Source of the DNA: Bugula neritina
Lineage: Eukaryota; Animalia; Bryozoa
NCBI GenBank assembly: GCA_964035545.1
Contig: OZ037766.1
Location: forward strand, 15,552,722-15,616,721
Reading direction: 5' to 3'
DNA: 64,000 nt
In this document: in pieces, positions 12,105 to 26,400 of the stretch
Numbering within the stretch: the first letter of the stretch is position 1
How the letters are laid out: the number at the start of each line of letters is the position of its first letter
Notes under the pieces: generated by a model
What the model saw: only the letters and a program-made list of their open reading frames with translations
The model's database searches: none
What the model was told of the DNA's origin: nothing
Made by a program: the position numbers and the translations under genes

Positions 12105-15100
12105 GCATGTTGAAGGACATCAACCTTTCTTACCAGTCAAATGTTTAATACTCAGCCCCAAAAACACTAATGCCCTAATCTCTAAGGTCATTACAGTTGA
12201 TTGCATTTTGTATAGTATTCAGTAAAATGACACACTAATTGCTCCCAAGACACACCGTAGTACTTGAAATAGAAGGTTATATCTTGACCTCCCCTGCAAT
12301 ATTTATTGCTCTTATGAGAATTATTTTATAGACTTCGTGTGCTAGCATATAGTTGAGTCAGCAATGTTAGTACTGTTATATGCTGCCACATGCTTATGAA
12401 TTTTACCAACGATTATGCTCTTGTTATAGTTAACAAATCTATCTGCTTCGTCTTCACTGTCTATTGTATACAAAATCATCACTCACTTTAAATTTTATTC
12501 AAACTTGAAACTATTAATTTCCACGAAAGTTTACTATGTTTGCTGATATTTTTAGATTTAGATATAATTTAATTTTTCAGTCATTATTCTTGTTTGTTAG
12601 ATTTTGGGCACTCAGAAAATAATATGTAGGCTAGCTACATATTTAGTTCACAAAACACACGCAGTTCTAAGCAGAGGTATTTACTGTGTTATATTTTAAT
12701 TTACTAGTTTTATTGTTTGAAAAATAATAATTTCCCACTTACTAAGCATTTAAAACCTGAAGTGTAAAATATGAGTTGCATTAATCTTGAAGCTCTGGAG
12801 TCCAGCTTAAGAGTGCTTTTCTATAAATAAACAATTGATAAAACTAAGGTGTATGTGTGCTATATATGCAAGTTACAAAAATTATGAAAAAAACATATGA
12901 AAAATTTTATTTTACAAATATTCGTTCTTGAATTTTAATTATTTTGAATTAACGGTTATCTCAGCATTTGTATTGGTATTGATGCTCATGCATTTGGCAT
13001 AATAATTTTCAATAAATCTACAGAACTAGCTGTATAGCTGAACACAGCCTGTGTACATTTGTATACCTCAACTGTAAGATGTACTGCAGCCTGTTTGGTA
13101 TATTGGCTACTGTAACATCAAAACAGGTTTTAGCGCTAATTATAGATCTATAAAACATGAAACCGATATTGATTTAATGTACTGTCACTAATAACTACTT
13201 TGAAACTATAATAACAGTGTACATTCACATGTGAGACGATTAAGATGCCAAAATCAGCAGCAAGTCAAATTAGGTTACACGAGTGTTCAGCTAGTCTGTT
13301 ATCAACAGGGTAATGACTTTTATTTGCAGAATTTCTGCGCAATTTTACTAAAAACTTTACGATATTAAGAAAAAGTTATTGGAAATGAGTTCAAGGACTG
13401 CAATTACGTGCAACTGTATATGCTTTCATATTGGCTAGTTTCGACCAATCTAAATCAAATAAGCATAATGGGATTTCTTTAGCAATCCAACATCATGTAA
13501 CAAGGTTACTTGATCGTAACACTTTCACTTATGCAGCACACTGGGTTAGTATCAGAAATTGTGGTTAGTATAGCAAAGCAGATAAAATTATTGGTGATAA
13601 CTGGCACAAAATGAAAGTGTGATCTAAGAAGACTGTATATAATATAGCTGGTAAGTTGAGCTAATAGCATATCACATATTTCTCACTTTTACCTCGGCAG
13701 CTGTAGTGACGTACAGGTAGCTAATTGGTATATCACATATGTATTTTACAAATACACAAAACTCGAAATTCCCAACAAGTTCACTGAAGTGAAACTTTTT
13801 AGTGGCTATATTAGTAAAATACATACAGTATTTATTTATCATTTCTATAAGGTTCATTTTTAAACCGCTCTTGATTTTCTCTGTAAGATAGAAATTTATA
13901 AATCAATAGTGACATTTCATTCTAAATTATTTTCTATCTAAGAAACTAAGTTCAAGGTTTTATCTTGTCTCTAGTGTTAGGATTCACTAGACTAGATCAA
14001 TATCAACAAAATGTTGATTACCTAGGATAAATTGGAAATTTTCAGCCTTTACTCTACAGCTGTTAACTTAATAAAAAATTAAAGCATGAATATTTTACTA
14101 TTACTAATTATACGAATTATTAACTTCTCGTAAAGCATATTTTTGGTATTGGTTTAAGGATCGTGAATTGTTGTAAATATACTTTCTCACCAAAAATTTT
14201 TTCTCAAGTGCATTACTTGAGCATCTATTTTCAAACTATAGCCCATCCGTATGACCTTTGAAATAGAAAAAGTTGGATATAGCGGCTAAATCTAGTATTT
14301 TGTATGAGTTTATAAAAGACATAGTTTAATTTATGAAAGTTTCACATCTATATAAATATGTGTATAGCTGTAAAATGAGCTGGCTACATTTTTGAACCTA
14401 AAATCTTAAACTTTAAGAAGTTGAAGAACTAAAGTTTTTGGGTAGGTAGACTATTTGTTTAAATTATTACAATCCACGTGTTAATGTAATAACCTAAAAA
14501 TATTTTTCATATTCTTAAATATTATTTTGATTGTATGGTTTCAATTTATATAATATGTCTGCTAGTAGACATATTTATAGTTTCTGTTCTCTCTCCCCCT
14601 CCTCCCCAATACACTACATGATGAGAAAATCCTTTATTTTGAGATTAATTACTTGTTATCATTACAGTTATTGTAATATTTTCCTAAATTAGTTACTGAT
14701 TACTTGGTACCTTCTCAGCAAATATGAATTGTCAACATCACAGCACGCAGCATCTATTATTATATTACATCAATTAATTATACTGTTTGCCACAGGAAGC
14801 TGCTTTTCTGGCTGTAGGTGTTTTTGTTATTATAAAAGGCTTTCTTCAACAAAAATAAAATGTATTTCTGAGTAAAATCTTCTGTTTTTCAGGCATGCAT
14901 TTTGTTAATATTTATGGCTGTAAAGACTTTGAACCCACATTCCTACACCTTGACTTCTGGCAGTAAACTGTTTCAGTAATGTGTCTGAGTTATTAAAATA
15001 ATCAGTCAGTGATAAACTCTTCTAGTTCAAATTGAATTATTGTATGTGTGCAGCTTCTGCAATTATGTATATTCAACTTATTTCCCCAACGGGCCTTTTG

Positions 15101-18100
15101 TATTGTCTAAACTTGTTGCAACTAAAGGTTACCAAAGGATTTTGCTGAAGTTGTGGTAGACAGCAGTTGTAAGCTGTCATCACCAGATTAAGCCGAGATG
15201 CTAAGCAAATCCAGGCACGAAATAATGCAATGTGTAACAATGTAATACAAATGGCACTTGAGCTATTGCTAACAACATGCTTGAGACCTGCGTGTAACTG
15301 TCACTCACTATACACCGTGCTGACTTGTCTTTCACAATTCTTTACTTTTAAAATCTCCCGAGTCCAGTTTGCTCATAGCAAGGAAATGGCTATTATTTGG
15401 ATGCTATTTTTAATATCTATAGTGTGAGTAGTTCATTGAGATAAGTTTATTAATGCTACTCTGGTGGGTCTGACCTTGATTTATGCTGATAGACTATACA
15501 TGTAGTGTCATCACTTGAATAGAGTAAACAGTAATGAATGTACTTGAAACTTTTTATATTTCACTCAATACAAAATATTGAATGTCTATCTATTACTATT
15601 ACTATACTTGTCCGCAAAGTTTCTTGGTTTTGCTGATTTTTGCTGTTATTTAACTTTACTGATCTAACTTTGCTACCACTGCATACTTGGCTCAACTTTG
15701 ACAAACATTCAGCAAAAAGGCACATTCAGAAAAGCTGAAAGACAAAAAGTTATTGCACATTTCTTTTAGTATTATGTTAATACTATAATAGCCTTGTGAT
15801 CATCAAGTTATCAGAAAATATGCATAAAATAATGGTCAATCATATTTTATGAATAATTCTTTTCATTACTCCGCTATTAGCACAACCTCAGATGTATGCG
15901 AACTTTTTCACTCCTACATTCATAATCTACCAGCATGGGAACATGATCTTGCATACATGTCTATTAGCTTGGCATTCTATTTTTAAGCTTTTTGGAGGTA
16001 AGAAAGTCATAGTAATCATGATCCATAAAATAGCTTGCAACTGCACTTTAATGTTGGTAACACAGATTCTAGCATGTATTTTAGCAGCAATTTATCAGGC
16101 AGCTTTCAAGCGCAGTTATGATTTATTTTATTCTACAAGCATTTAAAAGTAGTGTGGTGACCTAAATGTTCATGTCATATTTGATTCAGAAAATTGTGTC
16201 GTTAATCGAAAAGTGTTATGTAAAACACTCAATAAGATTGAATTTACTAGTTTCATCATCTATTTCACATTAAGTAGGTATTGCTACCTATTCAGCTTGC
16301 ACGTTATATATTTTTACCATGCTCACCTTGCACATATATAATAATAATAACTGATATACTGTTGCTTCATGCATTGAAACCACTTGGCAGCCATTTCATT
16401 ATATAGAGACACTAGTTAATGATCTCAAAGGATCTGCATGAATTTATTATCTTGCTACATCATCATTCTGCTTCTAGCCAGCCCTAAATGTAGCAGTAGT
16501 GGGATATGTACCATTAAATATTTTCCATGTCAAGTTTTTTTTTCTATAATGTGTCTAAGCATGTATCTGTATCAATTAAATACAGAAGTGCAAATAATAC
16601 CATACTAATTGTTGTTGAATTATCTATATAAATTTTGTTTTTAAATGTTACTTGAGAATGTGTTGAATAAATCACATCGTTTTGTTTTCCCTACAGAGTA
16701 AAATTTTTACTTTATTTTACAAAATTGTAGCTGCTAGATACAACTGTGCTTTAGCAATGAGTTTTATCATTATAAGAAAAATTCTACACATGCAGGCTAC
16801 ATGCTTCGTGTATATGCATGTATATGTAGTACATGTAGTAAATATATTAACCATATGGGCAGTACAGGCAATCTATGCAGTTGATGTACTATTTGCACTA
16901 GATTTAGTAAATTATGTCGCTACAAAACTTAACTCAGTTTTCAGTTTATAATTCTATCCTGCAAATTAAATCTCTGTACTATCTGTTGTAGGGATTTCGA
17001 AGTTCTTTAATATTATTGCTGCTAGCTAATACCATTGTCTCTCTATTAGAAGAGAAAGTCATGAAATCTCTTTCCACATAGCTCAGCATACTCATTAGGT
17101 ATAAGCTATCTTACCATGAGTGAATGAGTTGAAAATCACAGCTATTCAGAGGTAAGTTTTCTTATGTATATGCGCAAGAATGGGACATACAGTACGTAAT
17201 TAAGTTGATCTAACAAGCCAGTTCAAAGTGCATATTATTTTAAACAAAGCTGTTCTTTGATGAAAAATTTAGTTTTTGTCTCTGATCACCTCCATATTGA
17301 CTGGCTCAACCCAAAAATCATAAAACATTGTCTGTGCTTCTTTTCAAGTTTTTTTTTATTCTGCCCTTACATCTCCCTTGATTCTTAGCAGGAGATGACC
17401 AAGTTAATGTGTGCCTTCAGTAAGTTGTGAATAAAACAGAAAGTTTAAGTATTCTTTGTTATTCTTCTTGAGTTTTCAAATTTGTCAAGACGACCTGACA
17501 GTAACCAACGGTGCGAGGTCATCTATAGATACAAATTTTATACAACAAGAAATCCAGTTAAAAATACTTTTATTTGATAAAATTATAATGTCGCCATTTG
17601 AGGGTGGGTCTGAGGCGTCTCATTAGAACATTATATATGCTCTGAACTTGCATACCTACAAGCTAAGGTCTCAATCCACAGAGAAAAGCTGACACTTACT
17701 CTGTTACAAAACTTATAGTCTTGATGATTAAATTTTATTGCATCGAATCTGTAGGGCTGCTTCTTTGAGGCATTAGACATTCTTTCTTCTAGCTTACTGA
17801 ATAGCTCTTTGGTGTTGGTTACAGTTGAGGTCAGGGGTTTGCACTGATCTGTACCATATCTTTTTTTTCCTATTCTATATATACATCATAGCCTCTTCAT
17901 GTTGTGTCTAATGGAGGCGCAACATTCCAATTTTTTTATGCCGCAATTACTCCAAACTGTAATGATAAGATTGGAAAAACATTGTATGCATCTGTTTGAT
18001 TGTTAACAATATACTGTGTCATTTGAAAACAGCAGTTTCTGTGTTCACACTCTTTTTATTCTTTTTGATTGTGCGATTGCACTGGTGCAGTGTGTGCTGC

Positions 18101-19760
18101 ACGGTAATATAGCTATAAAGACTCAAGGTCACACAATACTAAGTGTACTATAAACATATGACTGTTTTGAGGAATACCTTTCGAACAACCCACATGCGGC
18201 TAATCATTTGTTGGTGTGATCAACACCGTTTAAATATGAGTATCTAACTAGACCAGTTAGGAAACTAATTAATTATGCAATAAATAATTAGCAGTTCACA
18301 TGTTATAAGAGTGTTTAATTATGTAAAGCCATTTGTTTCAGTTTAGTGTGCTATAATTAAATAGATGCTGGTGGTCAGATGTGAACTATAACAACAAGTA
18401 CAGTTATGCAATATTCATGTAATGGAGCATCGTGAAAATTATAATATTCATGAATACTAGGAAAGCTGCAGTACATTGTTGTTAGTAGTGCATAGTGGTT
18501 ATTTTGATCTTATACATGCATATGTCAGCTATATGCCTACTAAAAGTACTGATGCATATTATTTTAAATATAGCAAGGTATGGGTTAATACAAAATTATT
18601 CAGACATTACACGTTTGATGTATGTTTGCATCAATGCTACAAATTACAATTGTTTGCTGAACAATTTAGTGGTAATGGACCACAATTTGGCAACGGCAAC
18701 CTCAAAATTGTATTATCATTTGTTGATGCTTGGTAAAACATGGCTCTACATATTGCTATGATTACAATTTTATATAACATCTTCAACTAGCAAGCATTGT
18801 TGATAGTGTGAATATTCAAAAAGGCTTCAGTACCTAGCACCACTATTGTATGCAGACAACACAATTTATGTTGCATACATGTGCTGTAAAAGCTTTAAAT
18901 GAGTTTTGGAATTATTCATGCTTACAATAAATATTTTCATTGAAAATGGCCCATAAATTTATGCAAATATAAGCACTACACATAACAAAATTTTACTGAC
19001 TTCAGAGATGACCAAGCAAAAAAGCTTTCTCAAAGGTTTTATCCCAGAGAGAATCCTTCATGAGAAAAATTATTTCAAGGTTTGTTTTCACTGTGGCACA
19101 AAAGCAACTTTGAAAATGGTCTATTGCTAGGCTAGCACTCTAACTACTAGATCATGGGTGCTCCATGTAACCAAACAAATAGTGTGATATATTCTTTCAA
19201 AAAATTAAGACAAAACTGTACAGCATCAAACATACTTTATTAAACATAATCTCAAAAATTTCATTTAGAACATTATAGTCTTATAGCCAAACTTTAGTTG
19301 TGTCATAAATTCTTTTCATCATAAGATTACAAGTTTGCTCAAGTTGATTTAAATGCTATTCGTTGCCAAATTAGTGTGCAAGATATGTTCTAAAAATGAC
19401 AAATTATGTAAGTTGTTACTATGGCTACGATTTAAATTCAATCTTAAATTCTAAATCATTTGAACTAAACTTTATTAAATTCAAGTTCACTGAAAATAAA
19501 GCAATACTTCAGTAAACTTTATTCCTGCTGCTTTAAATACAAAAAATTTCAAAATGATGGTTTTTGTCTACAAAAACACAACTTTTTACTTGAATGCATA
19601 TAATTGGATTGTTATAACTGATAGACTATAATATATATGCATTGGCATTATATGTTCATTTGAGTAGATATGCTAAATGCATCTTTTAGAATATGAAAGT
19701 GTCAATGAAAACTTGATGAGTTTTCAATTATAATTTCAATTTTGCAGATTCTTAATAGCT

Positions 19761-21723
19761 ATGATTGACTTTGGCAACTTGAGTGACCCAGTCAACATGA
19801 ATACTTATTATGTAAATGTGACATCTTCCAACACTAATATAGATCAGCCTTCACCAGGTAACTATGACTTCCATGTATATTAATATCAAACGTCTTATTA
19901 TTTTACAATGTCAATGAATCTGCTCCTCTATAATGGAATATATAATAATATGAGTTTTAATTAGTCTATTAATAGATTTTGCTACTGTAGTCTATAATAT
20001 ACATTATGCAAATGCCTTCACATGTGGAATGCATTGCTTGTTTTGTAACTAATTATATACTAGTTCCGTTTTGCAAGAAGCCTTATATATTTTGCAATTG
20101 TCTTTAGCTTATTAACTAAACCTAAAATCAGTATTAATATGAATAATAGTTACAAAATTATCTTTGCCATATTTTAAATAATTTTTGTCAACTTTTATAT
20201 TTCATTTTTCAGATTTATATGCTCCAGAGAGAATAATTTCTGCATTATTCAAAAGCGCATTGACTCTAGTTTGTATCATTGGAAATGGTTTGGTAATCGC
20301 AGCTGTAACAAGTCTAAAGCCGTTACGGACCCCTCCAAATGTATTGATTGTAAGTCTGGCTGTTTCGGATCTACTCGTTGGAATTATAGTAATGCCATTG
20401 TCTATTATGTACGTGTACCTGAGGAGATGGCCGCTTGGGTTTCGGGCATGCTCGGCTTGGGCTACCTTTGACGTAATGCTTTGTACGGCGTCTATTCTTA
20501 ATCTGATGATGCTGACAATTGATAGATATATGATCATAACTAGGCCTATGGTTTATGAGAAGTATAGAACTATTAGGATGCTACTGCTATGGATTTTTCT
20601 TACCTGGTTGTTAAGCATAATGATTAGTGTAACGCCTTTAATCATTGGCTGGGATGTGGAATTTAATGGAAAACTATGTGAAATTAACCACCAAATTGGC
20701 TACCAGTTATACGCTACGTTTGGGGCTTTCTATCTTCCGTTATTTGTTATGTTTGTGTTATACGGAAAAATATATAGCATCTCACGACATATGGCTAAGG
20801 AAGACAAAAAGATGCATCCAACATATTTAGAATCATTATATAGTGTAGATACAGAAGTCACCATGAATAGCCTTACAACTTTTCAAATGCTAACAACGAA
20901 AAGAACTTTTCAATTATCTTCTACAATTGATACACAAATGAGTATGCTTGAAAATGAAGATACTAATAAGGCAGTTGAAGAACCTGCTAGCGAAGAAAAA
21001 CAGGACTATCTTTCATGTAACCAGACAAATTCAAATGCAAATAAGCTTGATCATATCAAGAAACATACTGGAAATGATGGCAATGGTGTATGCTTTTATA
21101 TAGATCATAATAGTACAGCAGACATGGAAGATATGAACAAAAATATTTGCTATAAAGGGAATGAAGATAGCACTGGTAAAGGTACAGATAATAGTCATGA
21201 AGCTTGTTTGGATGATGAAACAAACAGTTTTATGCCTAATGCTAATGGTGCTAGTCATCAAGATGCATTACAGTTAAAATCGAATCCTATAAACATGCTT
21301 CAGTCTAGAAATGCTATACCAGCGGAACTGAGCTCTTGTATGTATCCTGCTAAGCATAAAAACTCAGATATATGTGAACCAATCAGACATTCAGCCAAAA
21401 GAAAAAAATCAACAGTAAGTGGAGGAAATGTGATGAAGACTCTGGGTGTCGTGATGGGCACGTTCACAGTGTGCTGGCTGCCATTTTTTATTCTGGCTGT
21501 TGTACGATCTAGCTGCCAAGATAATTGCCCTGTGCCAGAAACTGTCACCATTATTCTGACTTGGTTAGGTTATGTTAACTCATGTTTAAATCCAATTATT
21601 TATGTGAGCTTCAACAAGGACTTCAGAACACCATTCAAAGAAATACTATGCTGTCGATGTCGCACTATAAAGCATGCACTTCGCCAAAACATGTACCAAC
21701 AACGCTATGGCAGGAAAAGTTGA
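19761..21723 (+). CDS. HTR7: Serotonin receptor, 5-HT7-like class A GPCR (about 535 aa)
   Basis: Exons 19761-19857 (N-terminus with NLS and NVT glycosylation sequons, phase 1) and 20213-21723. Shows GN, LAVSD, D3.32 (FDVMLCTASILNL), DRY, YQLYATFGAFYLPL, CWLPFF, WLGYVNSCLNPIIY and a tail DFRTPFKEIL..RC...YQQRYG typical of invertebrate 5-HT7. Confidence 0.9.
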
Positions 21724-23416
21724 GAAATTTGTAAACCTGTATGCATGCTAAATGCTCCAAATTTCATTTTTCATTATATCTTTTAACAAATAAATTGCTG
21801 TATATACTTCGTATTACAAATTATAATTTCAGTTTTGCTGATGCTTTTAATCATAACTGTACACATATATATGCACAAAGCAACAAGGCTAAAGCAGGTT
21901 GCATACTGTTTTATATACAAAGAGTTGAAATCTTAAGAGCTTGCAAGGTGAGATGAAAACACAATAGCCAGCAGCAAACGATAATAAAATGTTAAACATT
22001 TTATTTTACAGCCAAATATGAAACTTGGAGCTCAAGATAATTTCACCACTTCTAGAAAACAAACATAGTTTCGTGATAATTATTTATTGATTTTTGTTGC
22101 TCTTGAGACTTTAGGTTTAAAGATGCCATTTTGTATCATAGCATTTGAAAATTAGTCATGCTATGCTGTGCAGGATTAGATATTATAGATTTATGTGTTA
22201 ACAGTTACATGCTCATCACACTTTTAGTTTGTAACTAATACATTTTTTGATCAGAGTGAAGATTTCTTCATTATGTTAAAATATACAAATTAAATTCAAC
22301 AAGGGCGGTGTATTGTATGAAACTCATATTGCAAATATAACACCGCAGTAGCATCTTTATTATTGCAATTATTATATGTCAGTGAATAATTTATTACAAT
22401 TTTTTTTCATTAATTTTTTCAAGTCAATACCCTACTTTCCAAATTTGTAAATTTTAAGAATATGTAGCACCCAATAATCCACATGAACCTATTAATTTAA
22501 AGATTATTTTCTTGGGATTTTATAGGACTTGCACTGCTGCATAACAACCTTGAAACATGACAAATTAGATAGTTAAAGCCATTGGTTCAACATATTGATC
22601 ATTTCTGAGACGTGTTAGAATGAAGCGTTGTAGTAAGGCATTACTTTTACCAATTCTATGAACGTAAGATGTGATAATTAAAAATTGATTATACTACGCA
22701 CCTGGGCATATAATCATGCACAAAACTGAAATATGAAATTCTTTATGCATGTACCAGTAGTTCTATGATTACCTGGCTTTGAATTTAGACTAGTAATATT
22801 GATTAGCAGATGATGGTTAGTTAGGCCCAAATTTAGAGCAGTTACTTGAGAGAAAATTTTATTTCTAAATTTTTTAGAATAATAAAGATTCGAATGCAAT
22901 AACATTAACCTTTATTGACACTATTACATTCATTCTTTGGTGTTCTACAATTATCTCCACAGGTACAAACATATGTGAGATTACTATAACAAATAATATT
23001 TGTATGGAAGCTAGTACAAGTAATATTGCAATAATTATATTCACGGGGTAAGAGTGAGGGGCATATGAACATACAGACACAGAGTTAAGCTTTCACATAA
23101 TAATACTGATATACAAATTGAGAATGAATGTTAACTCACGAAGAATCAGTAGCTGCAACAAGTAAAGAGCATTAAAGTGAAAATATCAATAGTAATTGAA
23201 AAAGCAATAATATTTTTGTACATTACAAACCCGTTTGATAAGTACAAAACATAGCAATTAAAAACTTTTCAACAAATTCAGAGTGTCCAAAATTAAACAT
23301 CAACTAGTAAATTCAATTTATGAAACACAAAGCAAGTATTGGAGTTCTTCATGCCATTACTGTGATAGCACCAACAAAATGTGTTCCTTGAGGTAAATAT
23401 GGTATGTACGCTTAAA

Positions 23417-26400
23417 TCAATGCTGATTGGTCTGGTACACAATAGGTATTAGGTCAGTGTCATTGGTCGTTCCATCAGAATTAAGAAATATTGGAGTAAG
23501 ACCAGCAAGGACCTTCAACCCATCAGCGGTGTAGTCATTAGACAGACTGTCACTAGGCAAGGTCTGACTCGAATCCATCATCATACTCGAATGTCTGTTC
23601 AGAGAATCTAAGTTGACTGCAGCAGATGCAGTGTTTGTATCTTGAGGCAGTAAGTATGTAGTGACTGTATTGTCAGGCTGAACGGGAAGCCTTATAGAAT
23701 CACCAGTTAAATAATACCTTGGCAAAGTACCGTCACCTTGCGGAGTCATTGGATCACCAGAGATGACATAACGACTGCTGCTGTCAACTGTTCCATGCTG
23801 CCATGAAACTTGAGGCTTTTGTGAAGAGCTAAGATTTGATGATGATGTTGCAATATTATTGAGGAAGCTGTTAATGCTATTGCGCTGACCTTGGGCAAGA
23901 CTTTGGACTGGTGTAAAACCAACAGGGTCATTGTGACCGCTAGTTCTAGTGTTCAACAGGGGAGTGATGTGTACTGTAGTGCTGGAAGAGCCAAGGTCAG
24001 GGGCATTAGCCAGAGGTAAGGAAGAAGAGCTGCCCTCCATCAGGTTAGTCTCTACTAACAACTGTTGAATGGAACGAGTGAACTCAGACGCAGTTAGCTC
24101 AGAAAGCTGCTCGGTCTTTGAGTTTCTACCTCTTGATGACTTCACTGTTCTCTGTCCATCAGGATGTATCTTCACATGATGTCTTTTAAGATGATCTGAC
24201 CGAGCAAACTTCATGAAACATATATTACACTCAAAGTTCTTCTCTTTGGTATGAGTCAACAAATGGCGATCACGATCTTTCAATGCAAAAAACCTCTTTT
24301 CACACGTAGTACATTTGTATTTCTTCTCCATAATGCCCCGACTTTTATAAGATCCAGCGTGAACTTTAATGTGTTGAGTGACGGTAACCGAGCTATCGAA
24401 TAGTTTATGACAGAGAGAACATTCTAGAGAACCCTCTTCTTCCACTTTATGTAAGGCTGTGTGCACATTGTATGATAACTTACTCGTATATTGCTTCTTG
24501 CAGTGATTGTAAGTGCATTTAAATAACTGCCTGCTGCTATCATGCACAACCAAATGGGCATTGAGATTGTCTTTCCGAACAAATGCCTACCAACACAAAA
24601 ATATTCATTTACATTTCCACCAGCTACCAACAGCATATACTACACCTACTACCATCTTCAAAGCGTGTAGACATGGTAGCTTACATTTTCAGCTTTACCT
24701 TTTCTTAACAGAAGTTGGTAAACTAGCTTGTTTAACTAAAATGGGTGCAGATATATTGTAACTTAAAGGAAAAACAGCTCATTAGCTTACAGAGCGCGCT
24801 GGTTGAACATCTTACCTTGCCACAATGCGTGCATGTGAAATCCCGCGATCCATGAGTGAGAAGATGTCTATCAAGTTTAAATTTAGTGTTGAAATTCTTA
24901 AAGCATTCTGTAATATGGCACTTGTAAGGATATTCCCCTGTATGAACATGCATGTGTATATCCAGCCTAAAAAAACCAAGTAGACATTGACATTGATATA
25001 AGAGTATTTCGAAGAAAAATGGTTTGTCATCTTTTTCAACTACTAAATAAGCTAAATCACAGGTGTTCTGGCAAAACATATAATGCATAACCAGAGCAAA
25101 TTAGTATTTAAGGGTCAGCCAAGTTAAAGCAACAACTAAAGGATGCTAGATTGCTGCCGTGCTACTCACCTTCGTCTGCTATTGAATGAGCTGTCACATT
25201 CCTGACACTTGACCTGCTCAGCCGTATCCTTCTGGTACCTTCTGACAGGCATCTTGCGGGATGCTGATTTCTTCCGGTTCTTATCTCCAGCCGTTATTTT
25301 AGTTTTAGGTAAAGATCCAAGTTTTTGTGGTTTGCCTTTCCGTTTATTCCGAGTTCGACCTCCTTTCATACCAGGGCCTACAAACCAGTTCTTCAAATTG
25401 AAGTATTTTATTTATGTACATATAATTAAAACAATAAATTATAAGATTATTGGATGCAATGAATGCAAAGAAGTACCTATACACCTAGTATATCGCACAA
25501 GTTTGTATTACATTACATACATTTAGCTGGTTGACCTAGTTGATTCCCAGATATATTGAAATCTCGCATAAGCAACATCAACATACCAGGAATAATCTGG
25601 TCATTAGCTGAACAATAAAATCTCACCTGTTTTAAGTGCTTCATTTGGACAGTTATGGGCATCAAACGATTCAAAATCAGAAAACACCAAATCACACGTA
25701 TCACAGGGGAAGCCATCCTTGAAGATTACCTTTTTTTCAAGCGGAGGTAAAGCAGCACCTGAAAATCATCATAAGTGATAAGAGCGAACCAGAAAAACGT
25801 AAGAAAATAAAATAGTGAACAGGGTAGCAAGTGTTAAAATAGAGAAAAAAAAAACTGCAGAAGTATTGCGAAGCTAAAAGAGCAGAGAAAGATATATCAA
25901 AGGAAAAGTTATGATTTTGAAGCAGAACCAAAAAAGATGTTCATAGAAAAATGGCAAAATTAGTGAGAGAGCGACCTAATACCTTACTCAAACTAATTTT
26001 ATTTCAACAATATTATTTAAGCAGATGCACACACATAAATCTTATTTTTAAACACTAAACATTGTGAGCAATAAAGTAGAGTAAAAGCTATAATACAATA
26101 TATACTATGCAAAAAAGTACTTTGGTAAGTGCTTACTGGATTGCTTAAGAGTTTTCACACCCATTAAAAGAGCATAACTCTCAGATAAGCCAACTCTCAA
26201 TTCTTCACCAACGTCAATGTTCTGAAAAACAATAGTAAATCAAATGTTAAGAAAAACACAATTCACATAGAATGCAGCACACATTTAAAATGAGACTGTC
26301 TTTGAGATGACTAATCTCTTGTTGAATGTTAACTTTATTATCCCCTCTTTGTGAGATAGTTGGAAGCTGTCCGGATATGAAATAAAATTCAAATTTGCTC

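Noticed and set aside
12200-19700. Short ORFs in the region between CCDC89 and the GPCR
   Set aside because: AT-rich, no domain motifs and no consistent coding splice structure. Possible 5' UTR exons of the GPCR (e.g. donor near 17152) cannot be supported from sequence alone.
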